A stretch of DNA of 63,530 nt, the filler included, from Phoronis australis (Eukaryota; Animalia; Phoronida), in NCBI GenBank assembly GCA_002633005.1. It is 5 parts of 5 records of this genome, joined end to end, with 100 filler letters (N's around TTAATTAATTAA, not from the genome) between each part and the next. Parts side by side here need not be neighbours in the genome. Positions count along the whole stretch, not along the records: positions 27,218 to 52,544 come from NMRA01000161.1; 4 more parts are not named here. One strand, written 5' to 3'. The stretch's first letter is position 1. Every line of letters starts with the position of its first letter. Of this stretch, positions 37,545 to 50,814 are shown in pieces. The notes under the pieces are model-generated. The model saw only the letters and a program-made list of their open reading frames with translations. It was not told the DNA's origin and ran no database searches. The position numbers were made by a program, and so were the translations under genes.

Positions 37545-39137
37545 AGGAGAATGCCACCCAAAAAACAACCTATTTTGTATCAATTTAGATCGAGTGGTTC
37601 TACTCGATAACGACACGTTCAGTTGTGTTACCTGACACCTGACGGTAGACAGAGGTGTTGAACTTATGCAATGACGTAATTGGTTTCACACGCAGTCTGT
37701 TCAGCAGTTCACAACACGGGTTACTGGTGTCAGCTTATCGCTTGAATTCGTTTAACACCAATAAATCATCAAACAGCGATGTAAAACCCTTAAAAATACA
37801 TCGAGTTCTTATAAGAAGTGTTGTTTTATTTCGCTGTTACGGATTTACTGGTATTTGGACCGTAGCCTACAAAGTTCGGCAGGCCAATTTACCAAGGTCC
37901 GTAGCAGCAGTTTGGTGTCTGTTCGGAGATAAATTCGAAGTATTCTTCCGTGAAATAAAGACAGGAGAACCTAACTGTGTTTTTTATACTTGTATTTTTG
38001 AGTTCTAAACACAAAAAACGCTTGTTATCCCCGGCCAGTGGCTCGGAACCCGATCAGACCCGTCGCGGCCGCCGAGACTGGTACGAACATAAACCAGCTA
38101 GTGGAAACTTAACCTCCAGTCACGAAAAGACTATAATAATTGAGCCAAAAAAATAATGTGCACATATATTATTTTTGTGAATTAGCCACGAAACTGAAAA
38201 CCTACTTACTTGTCAGGGGCACTCACTGGTTGTAAAAATGATTTGAATAATGTTTTTGTATTTCAAAATAAAGATTCCCCTAACATGTGACCATAGCATG
38301 TAAAATCGAGTGTTTCACAACAGCTTTCTGTCAGCAAACACTGAATTAGCATGCGCTCAGACGGCCTCGGTGCCCGGTCAATTGCCTTTGTTGCCGGCAT
38401 CAAAAGCCGGTAACGCAGTGGTTAATTCATTGCTGGGTTCTCAAATCATTTGCAATCACGAGCACTCAAGGAATAACAAATTGTATCTAATGAGACAGAC
38501 TTTGTTCCAGTTTCAGGATGAGAATGATTCATTTTGAAACAGAATGCAAAATAATAAACGTTTACATGGCAACTCGCCCGGCGCCAATCCCGACTTAGTC
38601 AATAGCTCATCTGACAAAGACTTCATGGGTCGGATCGTTATTCACAGGCTATCAGTTCGAACCGGAATATACTGATCAAGAAATACTAGAGAGGCGCCGT
38701 GAACATGCACAGGCAATGGAACATATGGATAGTTCTTTGGTAAGCCGGAATTCGTCAGAGAAATCACTGTCGAGGAATTATGCCGGCCACAGACATGGAG
38801 ATGTTTCACAGCCTCATACTTGCTATTAACAGTGTACCTTTCGTTCTTCACTACCACGAGCCACTTCCTAAGCATTTCGGGCTCTAGAGGAAGTCGAAAA
38901 AACGATATACACGCCTTTTCGCCTCTTCATAGTTCGGACAAGCAGGAATGATGCACCGCAATATAGCGGCATTCACTCTGCAGACGAACCACTGATGTCG
39001 CTGCAGCATTTCTCACCTTCCTCACAGGTTAATGCGACACCTCTCGGCAAGGTGAGGTCGACCGTATAAGAGGCGATGTGTATATAGACCAATTAACATG
39101 GTAAAACAAGACTAATTAAATCGGGTGGCATTCTCCT
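37545..39137 (-). mobile_element. Kolobok-like DNA transposon derivative (1.6 kb), TTAA TSD, 15-bp perfect TIR, degenerate THAP domain
   Basis: TTAA|aggagaatgccaccc...gggtggcattctcct|TTAA; minus strand gives RCIIPACPN, then after a frameshift ISFFRLPLEPEMLRKWLVVVK...HVCGRH (THAP C2CH). Confidence 0.85.
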
Positions 39138-41027
39138 TTAATGTTCATGGCAAATTTAATATGTTTCATACTTAACTTTCATGTTGTAATTTTCGGAAGG
39201 ATCATCCGAATTCCGTGTTAGTGTTGCCAAACTGTATGACATATTCTCTATGCTGAAATGCATACAATTTTTCAACATTTTTCTCAAAGCTTAAGTGATG
39301 GTGAACAGCCAACAACAAACTTTTATTATTTAATCGCATTCATTCACAGAAGTTTCTGGGACACAATAATTGCTTTTATTTCATATTGCAAACAAACTTG
39401 CAATAGCTCACTAATGTGAGTTTCCATGTGATGTCACTGGAAGGAGGGCAAAACCTTCCATATTGTTCTTGTTTTGCCCTTAGTCTTTGCTACACACGCG
39501 AAATCTTACTAGAGTTCTTATGGTGAATTTTACGCTTAAAACATTAACACGATTTATGGGATGATAGATGGTTCGTGGAATAACTGTGAATGGACGAAGA
39601 AAATGTGAACTTGTTATGTTGTGCGAAGCTGTGAACGGACTGAAATTGGAACTCAACTCGGTCTAGACCTGAATGCCCCAGGCATACAGGGGCGATAGTA
39701 TATCCCCATAAAGTTACTCATTTCAAAATACAGCTTATAAAATCCACTGAAACATGTATATGTGCACATGGAGTTATAATTAGCACATACCCTGTTTCTG
39801 GATACAATTTAGTCGACAAATAACTTAAACATATCCATGAAAACCTCATGGTTCGCTCAAGTTTCTCTCATCGGGTGCCACTTTGAGGAAGTTACATCAA
39901 ATCACCCCTGTTGATGAACAAAAAGTCTAAGAGACACAAATCTTACAAATTTCACTTGATCTTTTCCCCATGCTATTGTGCAAGTGTCATGCGCCACTCA
40001 GGTCTCGCGCTTCCCTCAGTCTCATGCTAGCCTTTGCCTCATGTACTCGCGTGACTCAGCTGAAATACCTTGTGGTTATCGTGCGTGCGGTCAAACTTAA
40101 CAGTAACCAAAAAGTGGAGTTGGAATTCTTCGCCAAAGTCACGTGAATTCCCGTAACTATGCTTCATCGAAGACATGTTTAAAAGCAGAAACAATCACTG
40201 AAGAAAGTAAGCGCCTTATTAGGAGATATTTTTAGGTGTAGAACGTATTTTTGATGCGGTGAAAACTTAATCAGTGAGCGAATTTCGCCTACCGCCCGTT
40301 TAAAATACACGGGACAAAATTAGTACAGAACGCGATGGAACGTATTGCAGTGCGAATCTGAATTTCATTTGTCATAACAGCTTGTTTCACACTAAAAGAT
40401 TAAAAACTCAAAGTAAACAACAGAATACATTCTGCTACCGTATCGGGCAAATAGCCAAACGACAAGCTTTTGCCCCACTTCCGGTGACGTTACACTTAAG
40501 TCTCACATAATCTCACGTTATTTCTATAAACTCGCAAAAAAACTTTGCAACTGGGTGTTAGGCGTCACTATGATGTCAGAAATTGTTGAAGTTTGTAATT
40601 TATTCTCATGTGGAGAATTTCTCGCTTATACTGGTTATCTGATTCCCTAAACCCCACACAACTTTTATGATGCCTACTAAGCACGCTCTTTGTATTGATG
40701 TAGATCTGAGCTAATGAAGTGGAAAGGTAATACCTATCACTACTTTCTTAACAACGGTGGTTGTTATTACATCCAAATTCCACAGAGTAAAAGCTGCAAT
40801 ATGGAGAGCAGTTTTAACTTGGTACATCAAGAGACTAAAAAGTAAATTTGCATTGATCTTGGCAAAGGGTCACTTCCCAAAGGAACGTTGGTTTTAAATA
40901 GGTTTCATACCCGTTTTCATCACTTTATTTTAATACTCCTGTCTAGTTATTTTTTCTTACCAGTTAGGGTTGTTGTCTTTTTATTTTGTGTTTAAACAAA
41001 ATATCAGAACAACTTAGAAGTTAGTTA

Positions 41028-42548
41028 CCGTAATCACCGTAATAATCGCCCAGGGCGCTTAGAAAAGTTTGTTTCAGGGGGGCGCTTATTACAACCCAAG
41101 GCCGTTGAAACCCAGTCTCCGAAACGAGTGAAATTGGAAGCTAAGATTCATTATATTAATGCTCTGTGACGTATCTGTAATCTATGAAAGACTTTCTACA
41201 AAACCGTGGTGCATTACTATCAAACTTTGCTGCTAAATTACGATCATTTTACAGAAAATTGTGCTGAAATAACAGGGCGAAAACTCGCCCACTGCCTGCC
41301 TCGCAATCGTCGATATGGCGACTTGAATACTTGAATAAAAATACAGTTTCGACTCGAGCAAATTACTTGAAATCCTCCTTAAGTTTTGCAAGTTTGACAT
41401 CCCTAAGATTTTTAAGTTCACGTGGAGTCGGCATCACGGCAGGTTTAAATACAAATCTGTGCTAATATCGTGCCATCTACATGTATGACCGGCAACATGA
41501 AAAAATGTCTGGACGAACACACATGTTGTTGTCACGTGAAGTTTCTTTTGAAGTTGTCTGCGTTTGTGAGTAAGCGAGCACGTGCGTGTCACCAGAGTTC
41601 ATTTGCCAGAGCTGAGATAGTCTTTTGGCCAGAGCCACGCAATCTATCAAACCAGATGTGCATTGTATCTAAAGAAATTTGCACAAGCAGTAGGCCTAAA
41701 CCCGGCAGAGTGTGTTTCATTCAGCACTTGCCGGTCTCATGTGCTAAAAACGTTCGACATTTATCTCGGAAAGGCCATATTAGTCGCCGAGTGGCTGGAT
41801 GTTTACGTGACTATCTGACAGATGTTTTTTGGCGTAAGGGTGTGTAAGCATTCACTGTCAGTGGTTATTTTATCAGATATTTGGCTTAAAAACACCAATT
41901 ATGGTTAATCAAACAATTCATTTTAAAAATTACGCAAACATTTTTACAGAATGAGAAACTGTCGGAAATTAGTGCCAATATTCATTTCTTGCCGATGCTA
42001 TGCTACCCGTTTCATGAATGGTAGTTCCCGACTAATGCCTTTGATTATAGGTTCATGTATTTAGCGCGCGCTTCCTGGCCATGTGCTTTTAACACTGGCC
42101 AAGCTGTTTATTAGTCTTCGATTCGCAGTTTTCACGTGTAGGCCTACAAAGAAATTTGGATTCATGCTGAAAGCGGGAAATATCTACAAACCAATCCCGT
42201 AGACAAGTATACTACTTCTGTTCTGAAAGGCCACACCATTGGTCCTCGCAATATCGGCAGAACGTCTGTGTTCGTTTTGAGAAATGGCGGAAGTTTGAAG
42301 TGTATAGTCAAGGCTAAGTACCGACATAACGGCAAGGCTCGTGGTCTACAAATTCAGCGCACAATGATTTTTTTCAGGACTGTCGGACATCATTGATAAA
42401 TTGAAGACGTTATTGTAGAATTTTAGGACTGTAGGCAACGCATTTTTTGCACGTACACGTTCAAGGACTGGGCGCTTATTTAAGCAAAGTCTGAAAACGT
42501 GTGGGGGGACGCTTATAGGGGCATGGGCGGTTATTACGGCGAATACGG
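41028..42548. mobile_element. Tc1/mariner-pogo-type non-autonomous element (1.5 kb), TA TSD
   Basis: TA|ccgtaatcaccgtaataatcgccc...gggcggttattacggcgaatacgg|TA; 24-bp TIR with 3 mismatches; subterminal gggcgctta repeats. Confidence 0.8.
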
Positions 42549-44176
42549 TAATTGTGAATCCATCCCTGAATTTTCCAGATTACAGCTACACCAAACAGCA
42601 AAGAAAACTACACGTGCCATTAGTTCAAGTTCAATCTTTATTAGAACTCAAATCATAAAATACATACTAAAAGCGCCAATATGGTGATAGCCAAACTGAG
42701 GATTTGGAGCCTCTGGAAGAATTTTGGTTACAGTAACTACATAACTATTCAAACTTTTCCTCAGTCATAAAAAATGAAATCACAGCTCTTGCCCACGGAC
42801 CAACCTCATCCACTGTTTACACTCTCTTGTTGATTACAAAGCTAGCCATCTTAGTTGTCTTCACAGGTGTTCCATAACAACTACAAGCTGACTATCGAAA
42901 TTGGCGCATTTCCACGAATATCAGTTGACCGGTTAGTGTATTACTCCTCGAGTAACGTAGTTCGGCAAGCCCTGGACCTTTGCTTTAAAAGTTATTGACA
43001 TCTAATTAAGTCACTGTGTGTTGTTTATAGATGTTTCAAAGTAGCTTAGTTGTATCTTAAAAGAATAATCCACGTGATATTGTTAACTCTGATAGCATTT
43101 GTAAATCCACCGGGTATATCAATACGCACAGTCACTTATCTTCAATCGTAGTTTTTAGCTTCATCGATTTTAACAAATCAAGAACCAAATTTGGTTGTTT
43201 CCTCCATCTGAATTCTGCTGTGGTATTTGTTTTTAATGAAAACCGTTGTTTAAAGTATTTTGAAAATTCGCCAGTATGTAGAGGCAGAGGTGTTTACTAC
43301 AGTTTATGGTCGGGTATTTACACTTAATTGGGTCTTGCTCACACCGGACAATGCGGTCACCGCAACTGAGTCCGACTCTGGCGAGGCGCTCTCTTTGATC
43401 CCGGTAAAAGCCGCTCAGAAGGACGAGCGGTGAAGTCACGCATAGCTTTAGAAATGCGTGACTTTCGTGTAATTGTATTATTCACGGCGTTGCTATTGCT
43501 GTTCCTATATGAAATTTGTATTTATTTCCAGGCAAATCATATGTCACTAGAGTTACTTAAAGCTACATTGTCCAGTTCACTGACACTATGGAAATTACCC
43601 ACAGGCGCGTGAAACAGTGTTCTTAACCTCTGAATACGACCACTTACCCCTTTAAAACTGGCTTTGACACCGTGTTCCCTTACTCAGCTGAGATACGTCT
43701 GGACTCTCAGTTTCACGTCGAAAGTGACAAGCCAAGAAACCATCTCTAATGTGAGTACGGTACAAGTCAAAGACCAGTTTTGCACGTTAGAAGCAAGCGA
43801 CTTCATTCGATTTGCACATGAGTGAACAGTGGGCCGCCTTAAAAAAAAAAGACCTTTAGAATCGGTTCTAACCCAATGGACTTTCAAAACAGCAGTGTTT
43901 ACAGCTACACGTCTTACAGTATGTGATGTGTAAAGACAGCAAACTGAAGTACATTTTGATGAGCAAAAATGCACTTCAAACTTCCTGAAACAACCATTTG
44001 TGATTATTGTAGAACATTCCATCCAGAATAAACAAACTATCATAGTCCTATCACAACCCTACTGGATAGATGAAACTGTTGAGGAGATAAGTTTGATTGG
44101 AAAATAAACACAAGAGGTGATAGTATAGCCAAGAGATCAATGTATGGAGGGTACTGACTTCATGTCTGTGGCTTAA

Positions 44177-44682
44177 GGGCCTTTCATACTAAAGTCGATG
44201 CTTCGATGGTTTGGGGAGTTGCGTTCAGTATGAACGCTTAACTCCGATCCTGGATCACAGTTAACAGCTCCAGTTAACATCGCAGTTAACAGGTGGATTT
44301 AAGACCGCAGCGTCGACGCTGCGGTGCAGTATGAACGCTTAACTCCGGTCCAATCGAAGTTATCGCCAGGTGCCACTGTTATCGTCAACAGTTACAGAGT
44401 AGTGCCGTCACTAATAACTACTTATTTTTTGCTCTGATAATAACCAATTGATTTAAAAATGAGTTTAATGTCATTTAGCACATTTAAATGTTCCCAAATT
44501 GTCTCACTGAAAAAAATCTTAGCATGCAGCGCTACCTTGCGATAACTTCGATGACGTCAAGCATTACCAACCCTTTACTTCGATGGTCATTAACTACCGA
44601 AGCCAGTATGAACGGTCCAGTTAACTGCGCTGTTTACATCAACGCTCCGCTCAGACTGGATTTAAGACAATATGAAAGGGCC
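44177..44682. mobile_element. PIF/Harbinger-like MITE (~505 bp)
   Basis: ttaa|gggcctttcata...tatgaaagggcc|ttaa; internal repeats of cagtatgaacg(cttaactccg). Confidence 0.65.
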
Positions 44683-45747
44683 TTAAGACTAATTTGTTTG
44701 CAAAGAGTAAATTTCTTGATAAAAATGAAGAATAAGTAAATATCGAAAGGACACAGATCTGTTCTAGTGTGCCCACTCCTCTGCAGGTTGAAAACTGCCT
44801 AATCTGTGAGCAAATGCTGGGCAATGTGGGGTTATCTCAAGGCCGACACATTCACAGGGGAATAAATTTTTTGTAGACAGGATACTTCAAAAATGTGATC
44901 GGCTGGATATAAATCATATGCCTTGGACTCAATCACGGCCTGGGTAAATTCATTATGCTCAAGGGGGTGTAAGGTTGTGACACCAACAGCTAAAGACGTG
45001 CATCACTCGTTAGGGCTCAAATGATGTTCCCACACAAATTAATTTTAGACACTGATGCACCAAATTGCTATGTCTTAGACATAGATCTGTATGCTCTTGC
45101 AAAAGAACAACAGGAAGTTGGCAACTGTCCTCCCAGCATGCACCTAGCCACATCTTGGTCTGCTCTACAGTTAGGTTCTTTTTAGCATTTTGATTGGGCA
45201 CTGACGGGATGAGATAAGGCCAGAGGTACAAGTCAAAGACCATTCACTCACTCACCACACTGGGATGACATGGTCTGCTTCCCAACACGCAGATATTAAG
45301 CTGTATTTAAGGCAATGTGAACTTAAGCATTTTCAAAAACTTTTTTTCAGATATCCATGTTGAGTGTATGGTCTAGATGCACCGGTGGTTAAAGGGTTTG
45401 TGATCCATCTATAGGGGACAGTTTGCCTTCAATTCAACTGACATTTAGAGGTAAGTTGTTTTACATTCATTTTGCAGTTTCCCTACTGTTTTAACACAAT
45501 TTTTGAATTGTTCTCATTTCTACCAAAGTCTTCTAGACAAATTTCAAAAAGTAATGGTAGCTTGGCATACTAACTTTTACTTATATCATTTCAATGGTGT
45601 ACTAAATTTCACTAAAGCAACTACAGTAACTTTTTCATGGCAGCATTACGAAAGCTGTTCTAATTGTATCTAGGCACGCAGCGTTATTCCCGAAATAGAG
45701 TATTTCACAAATATTTAAAATACAACCAGTGCACTACTTGATTTTTG

Positions 45748-45949
45748 CAAAAAGACTGTTGCAGCAAGTAGCTGAGTCATTGTACTCTACAGATCAATTA
45801 GACTATAATGCTCTATTTCATCATTTAAAGTTTGCTCTGGAGAAATTTCAAAAAGACTGTTTCAGCAAGCAGCCGAGTCATAGTACTCCACAGATACCTT
45901 AGACTATAATGCTCTATTTCATCATTTAAAGTTTGTTCAGCAGAAATTT
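45748..45949 (+). repeat. Two-copy ~101-bp tandem duplication
   Basis: aaaagactgtt.cagcaag.agc.gagtcat.gtactc.acagat...ttagactataatgctctatttcatcatttaaagtttg occurs twice. Confidence 0.85.
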
Positions 45950-47747
45950 AAGCACAGATTTTGGCATATTCAAACAATGTTGCATGTGTCTAACTATGAA
46001 AAATACGTCATTTCGGATATACCGTATGTGCATTCCATGAAATACTTCATCATATGAAATCTACACCATTCTTTATATAAATTCTGAGGCACAATGTATT
46101 GGAAGAATATATTATTATAAGTAACATAACATGAGCGGCCTCCTTGGTGGATCCTTTTTATTAATTAACATTGCCATGTATTTTGTATGTGGTTTCTTCA
46201 ACATACTTAGCTAATTCCACCTGTTTAAGCCTTGCTTATGACAGTTATGTCATCAGTTCTGTGAAGCAATTTGATTATTAACCTCCATTTCAATATTATG
46301 AATAGTGGCGTCACATATCCTTTGGTAGTCATCTGATCTATAAGGAAAGACAAGCATCTAACATAAGGAAACTTTTCAGCTGTCTTCTTAAGTTTTAGTA
46401 GGCGAAAGTCCTGCTGTTGCTCTTATTCTTAATACTGTAATTACAGTAAAACTTGTCCAGTTTGGTAGTCTTTAACTCTCAAGCGTTTTTCTGAGATGTT
46501 GATACTTTCGATATTCTTCTTAGTAACAAAAGTAAAATTCTATTATGGTAAGGAATAATATGAGACCGATTTTATGAGAGTAAAATGACTAATTCAAAAT
46601 TCCTTATTTAGTCAGGTGAATTATTAGGGCAGCTCTAACAAAGGCAAGTGTCTGTCTGGATGTTGCCACATTGCTGCGTTTTGATGCCAACAACAGTTCG
46701 CACTTGTAAATCTGTATTTTCAAGGAATAGATGAGTTTCCATACTATTCGACACAATGGCTGATGTTAATGGTGACAATGTTCGCATTAAGCATCCACGT
46801 TTTATGGCATAAATTATAACACTACCAAAAGTCTACATAACTGCCATGTTTTCCTTCATTTTAAAATGTGGAGAAGGATAATTTTCATCCTGGCTGTTGT
46901 TATCAAGTTTGAGTGTCTAACAATTGGTCATAAACAATATTTTTATTATAGTTGATCACAGGCAAATCGTCATTATCACATACTAGATAGAAATATTTTT
47001 AATTTTAGGGAAATTACTTAAAATGCTAAAACTTTCAGCAGTCGCTTTGGTGAGTACAAGGAGTAAAGGTCAACCAGAGATGCCCGCTGAGTTAATCTCT
47101 GTGAAATCAGTCCAATAACCATAGATTATGAAACAAAAACCTGTTCCTATTAGGATAATAATTTCACAATTTGATCTTCACTGTCTGACACCTCTTTCTA
47201 ACCACTTATCTGTCTAGAATGTCGAAAAATATGGTTTCGAACTGGAGAATATAAGGCGTTTCAAACGATGTAGAATTTAGACCATCGTTGTGAACAAAGA
47301 ACTCAAGAGGTAACAAGAATCAAAGCCAAACTTTCTACTTGGCCTTAGCAGGAACTGTCGAGCTGGAATATAAGTTACCTGATTTCTGGTGCAGCAGGAC
47401 ACCAGGAGAACTGATTTCAAGGATCACCTGAAGGCGTCAAATTTTTTTAAAAATTCAGCATTCAACAGCCAGTTGCCTTGACAACATGGGGAATATCGCG
47501 ACTTTAAGCTACATTTTGCCCTGTTTAGCTGGTTGAGAAACGAAAATCGAATTAGTCTTTTTACTTTCATAAAATCAGTCTTGTAATACACCTTGCCATG
47601 ATAAAATTCTCTTTCCATTACATACAATAACATCGTGACTGAAGAAAACACTTCAGGGTTTATTGGGGTTGGCCAACCCTTAAACTGCAAATGAAAATGT
47701 GACTTGGGCTAGTAATGGAAATATCATCTTATCAGCTACAGCTTTAA

Positions 47748-49068
47748 AGTCCTTGTTGCAAACTGCCCATGTGGTTCTAGTATCCGAAAATACTTACTAC
47801 ATAAATTCTTATTTTCGACACCCTTTCTTTATATTCTTTTCGCCTTTCTTGCCAAACGCGATTTTTTAACAGTATTTGACCCTTCTCTCTGAGCGTATGA
47901 TTACCGGTTGTCATCGGTTATTTCCGTACCCACATTTCCGGCTCATCAGTTCAGGAACTTGTCCTGAACGCCGCCATTTTTTCCTTGTAACTGAATGTGC
48001 TATGGCTTGCTNNNNNNNNNNNNNNNNNNNNNNNNNNNNNNNNNNNNNNNNNNNNNNNNNNNNNNNNNNNNNNNNNNNNNNNNNNNNNNNNNNNNNNNNN
48101 NNNNNNNNNNNNNNNNNNNNNNNNNNNNNNNNNNNNNNNNNNNNNNNNNNNNNNNNNNNNNNNNNNNNNNNNNNNNNNNNNNNNNNNNNNNNNNNNNNNN
48201 NNNNNNNNNNNNNNNNNNNNNNNNNNNNNNNNNNNNNNNNNNNNNNNNNNNNNNNNNNNNNNNNNNNNNNNNNNNNNNNNNNNNNNNNNNNNNNNNNNNN
48301 NNNNNNNNNNNNNNNNNNNNNNNNNNNNNNNNNNNNNNNNNNNNNNNNNNNNNNNNNNNNNNNNNNNNNNNNNNNNNNNNNNNNNNNNNNNNNNNNNNNN
48401 NNNNNNNNNNNNNNNNNNNNNNNNNNNNNNNNNNNNNNNNNNNNNNNNNNNNNNNNNNNNNNNNNNNNNNNNNNNNNNNNNNNNNNNNNNNNNNNNNNNN
48501 NNNNNNNNNNNNNNNNNNNNNNNNNNNNNNNNNNNNNNNNNNNNNNNNNNNNNNNNNNNNNNNNNNNNNNNNNNNNNNNNNNNNNNNNNNNNNNNNNNNN
48601 NNNNNNNNNNNNNNNNNNNNNNNNNNNNNNNNNNNNNNNNNNNNNNNNNNNNNNNNNNNNNNNNNNNNNNNNNNNNNNNNNNNNNNNNNNNNNNNNNNNN
48701 NNNNNNNNNNNNNNNNNNNNNNNNNNNNNNNNNNNNNNNNNNNNNNNNNNNNNNNNNNNNNNNNNNNNNNNNNNNNNNNNNNNNNNNNNNNNNNNNNNNN
48801 NNNNNNNCCCCGTTTGCTGGCTGGTAACAGTACAGGCACTGCTCCAGTCGCACTGACGGCGTTTTCTCGGCCTGGGTTCCTGAATGAATTGTACTTCCGG
48901 GTTCGCGGCAAGTTCAAAATGGCGGTGTTTCTTCGGGTGCGAATCGTGAGTGGCGCGTTCATTTAAACTGTTTTCGAGTACGGATCGTGTATTAGTTATG
49001 GGGTAGGTACTTCTTGGATCCTTATAACATCTTCTAACCATGTAATAAGGGTTAACAACGCGTGAGAC
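47748..49068. mobile_element. Insertion specific to duplicate copy 2 (probable DNA transposon; mostly gap)
   Basis: Copy 1 has the empty site gctttaa/gttccagaca at ~29000. Degenerate subterminal inverted similarity: gttctagtatccgaaaatacttactacataa versus the reverse complement of ttatggggtaggtacttcttggatccttataac. Confidence 0.6.
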
Positions 49069-49162
49069 AAGTTCCAGACAGTTATATTTTTGATCATTAT
49101 ATTAATGTCCAGTTTGATGATGGTTTTTGTCAGTATCACATTTGATTGCAGACATCACAAAG

Positions 49163-49292
49163 ATGAAAATGAGGCTAAGTGAGGTTTGCTTTGTGCTATT
49201 TCTGGTCCTGGGGTGTATATCAGCCTACACACTACGAGACTTGTTCCAAGCTCTTGAAGACAAAGAGAACGAAAAGAAAAGCCAAGCAGAAG
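49163..49292 (+). CDS. Secreted peptide precursor copy 2, coding exon 1 (MKMRLSEVCFVLFLVLGCISA plus YTLRDLFQALEDKENEKKSQAE)
   Basis: Paralogue of 29096-29225 with 4 substitutions by manual alignment; same acceptor, ATG and phase-1 donor. Confidence 0.85.
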
Positions 49293-50230
49293 GTACTTGC
49301 AACAAAAGTCTGAGACCCTCCCAAGCATTTACCAGACGTTCCATGACTGGATTCGACATTATAAATGGTGTACCAGCTGCATTGGAAATTTTGTAATCCA
49401 CATCACACTAATAGTTACTTCTATGATTATTTTTGTACTCTCAATTTTCTCATACTAGTGTAGAACAATAGTGAAGTAAGGTTACGTAGGGCCACATCGA
49501 CACGTCTGTGTCATAGCAAAATACCTGTAAAACTATAGATTTCAAGTTAGTAAACATACAGTGTGTACATTTTGAAAGTAGAAAGCCTGTACAATTTGAT
49601 TTTCAATTTTACAGGAATCTCCCATTAATTGGGCCACATCACCAAGCCTTTTAAATAAAATTAAACAAAGAAAGAAATGTACATCTGTAACAAATTAACG
49701 GTAACAAAAACATAACCGAAATCTGGTTTGATATAAATGTCCAAGATGATACCTTGAAAAACCTGTTACAGTTTTCGAAATTATTTCGTTTTCGTTTCAT
49801 ACAACTCTGGATTTTTTCAGAAAATTCATAAAAATCACGTCTATTAATAGACGCTCAAGCAAAACTGAAACATTTGAAAATTCCTTTATAAAACAGTGCA
49901 CAAAGCATAGTACATGAAGGATTCCTAGGAGTTCAATCAACCATTTCCGAGTTGTGATTTTACCATTGGATACTTTCCCATGATCCTACAAAATCTTAAA
50001 AAATCTTATAACTGAATCCCATCACTAAGCTGCTCCTTTTGAAAACTCGTTTTCGCTAACAGAAATGTAATGATTATGGAAGATGTAACTTACAGTAACA
50101 TGCCTTTACCTTCACACCAAAAGGAATGTTGAATCAATCAATCAAGCAAATACTTAGAAGTTCAACATAGTAATTGCCTGTACAAGTGCTTGAAAACTTT
50201 CAGCCACTGCTCTTCATTTTGTACTTTCAG

Positions 50231-50730
50231 CCGAGGTCAAGAAAGACAAAATTCCAGAACAATCAAATGCTAGTGGTAAGAATGACAGTAGAGAAAAAGA
50301 ACTTCTAGAAAAATTGTTGAAGTTACTTGAAGACAGGAAGAAGGCAAAACAAGTTCTGATCAACAACAATGACTTGAAGAAAACTGTGACTGAGAAAAAA
50401 ACAGTGACGCAACAGAAAGCGCTTAACAACAGGGACCAGTACTTTTCACCAAGTCAGGACGTTCCGCAAGTCCGAAATTTTGGGTACTACCCATGGAAGT
50501 CAAGACCTCAAGGCGTACCCCAAAAAGGATCGAATTTACACCAGAAGCGAAATTGGGGAAAGTATGGGCGTGAGCTGCAGAACCTGAAAAGTAATGCGAA
50601 CAGGGCATTCGGACCATCTGGCCTGGACTATAATCAAAGATATTTAGATGCGTATGACAGAGAGTATTTAAGAACTATGATTTATGAAGAAATAGAGAGA
50701 TTGTTCTTTAGATCTAAGAATCGGCAATAG
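50231..50730 (+). CDS. Secreted peptide precursor copy 2, coding exon 2 (R-NFGYYPWKSR, KR-NWGKY-G-R, R-AFGPSG); 209-aa precursor
   Basis: Acceptor tactttcAG at 50229-50230; in frame with ORF 50314..50730; all indels relative to copy 1 preserve the frame. Confidence 0.85.
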
Positions 50731-50803
50731 AGAGCATTACACAGCTAAGAATTCCAAGAAATTGAATTAAAATTAACAATAAAAACACAAAAATTATTTT
50801 TGT

Positions 50804-50814
50804 AATAAAATAAA
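50804..50814 (+). promoter_or_regulatory. Polyadenylation signals of precursor copy 2
   Basis: AATAAAATAAA, same position relative to the stop codon as in copy 1. Confidence 0.6.

Noticed and set aside
47876-49041. Long ORFs of 276-376 aa in all six frames (also 24749..25273)
   Set aside because: They are open only because they run through N gaps.
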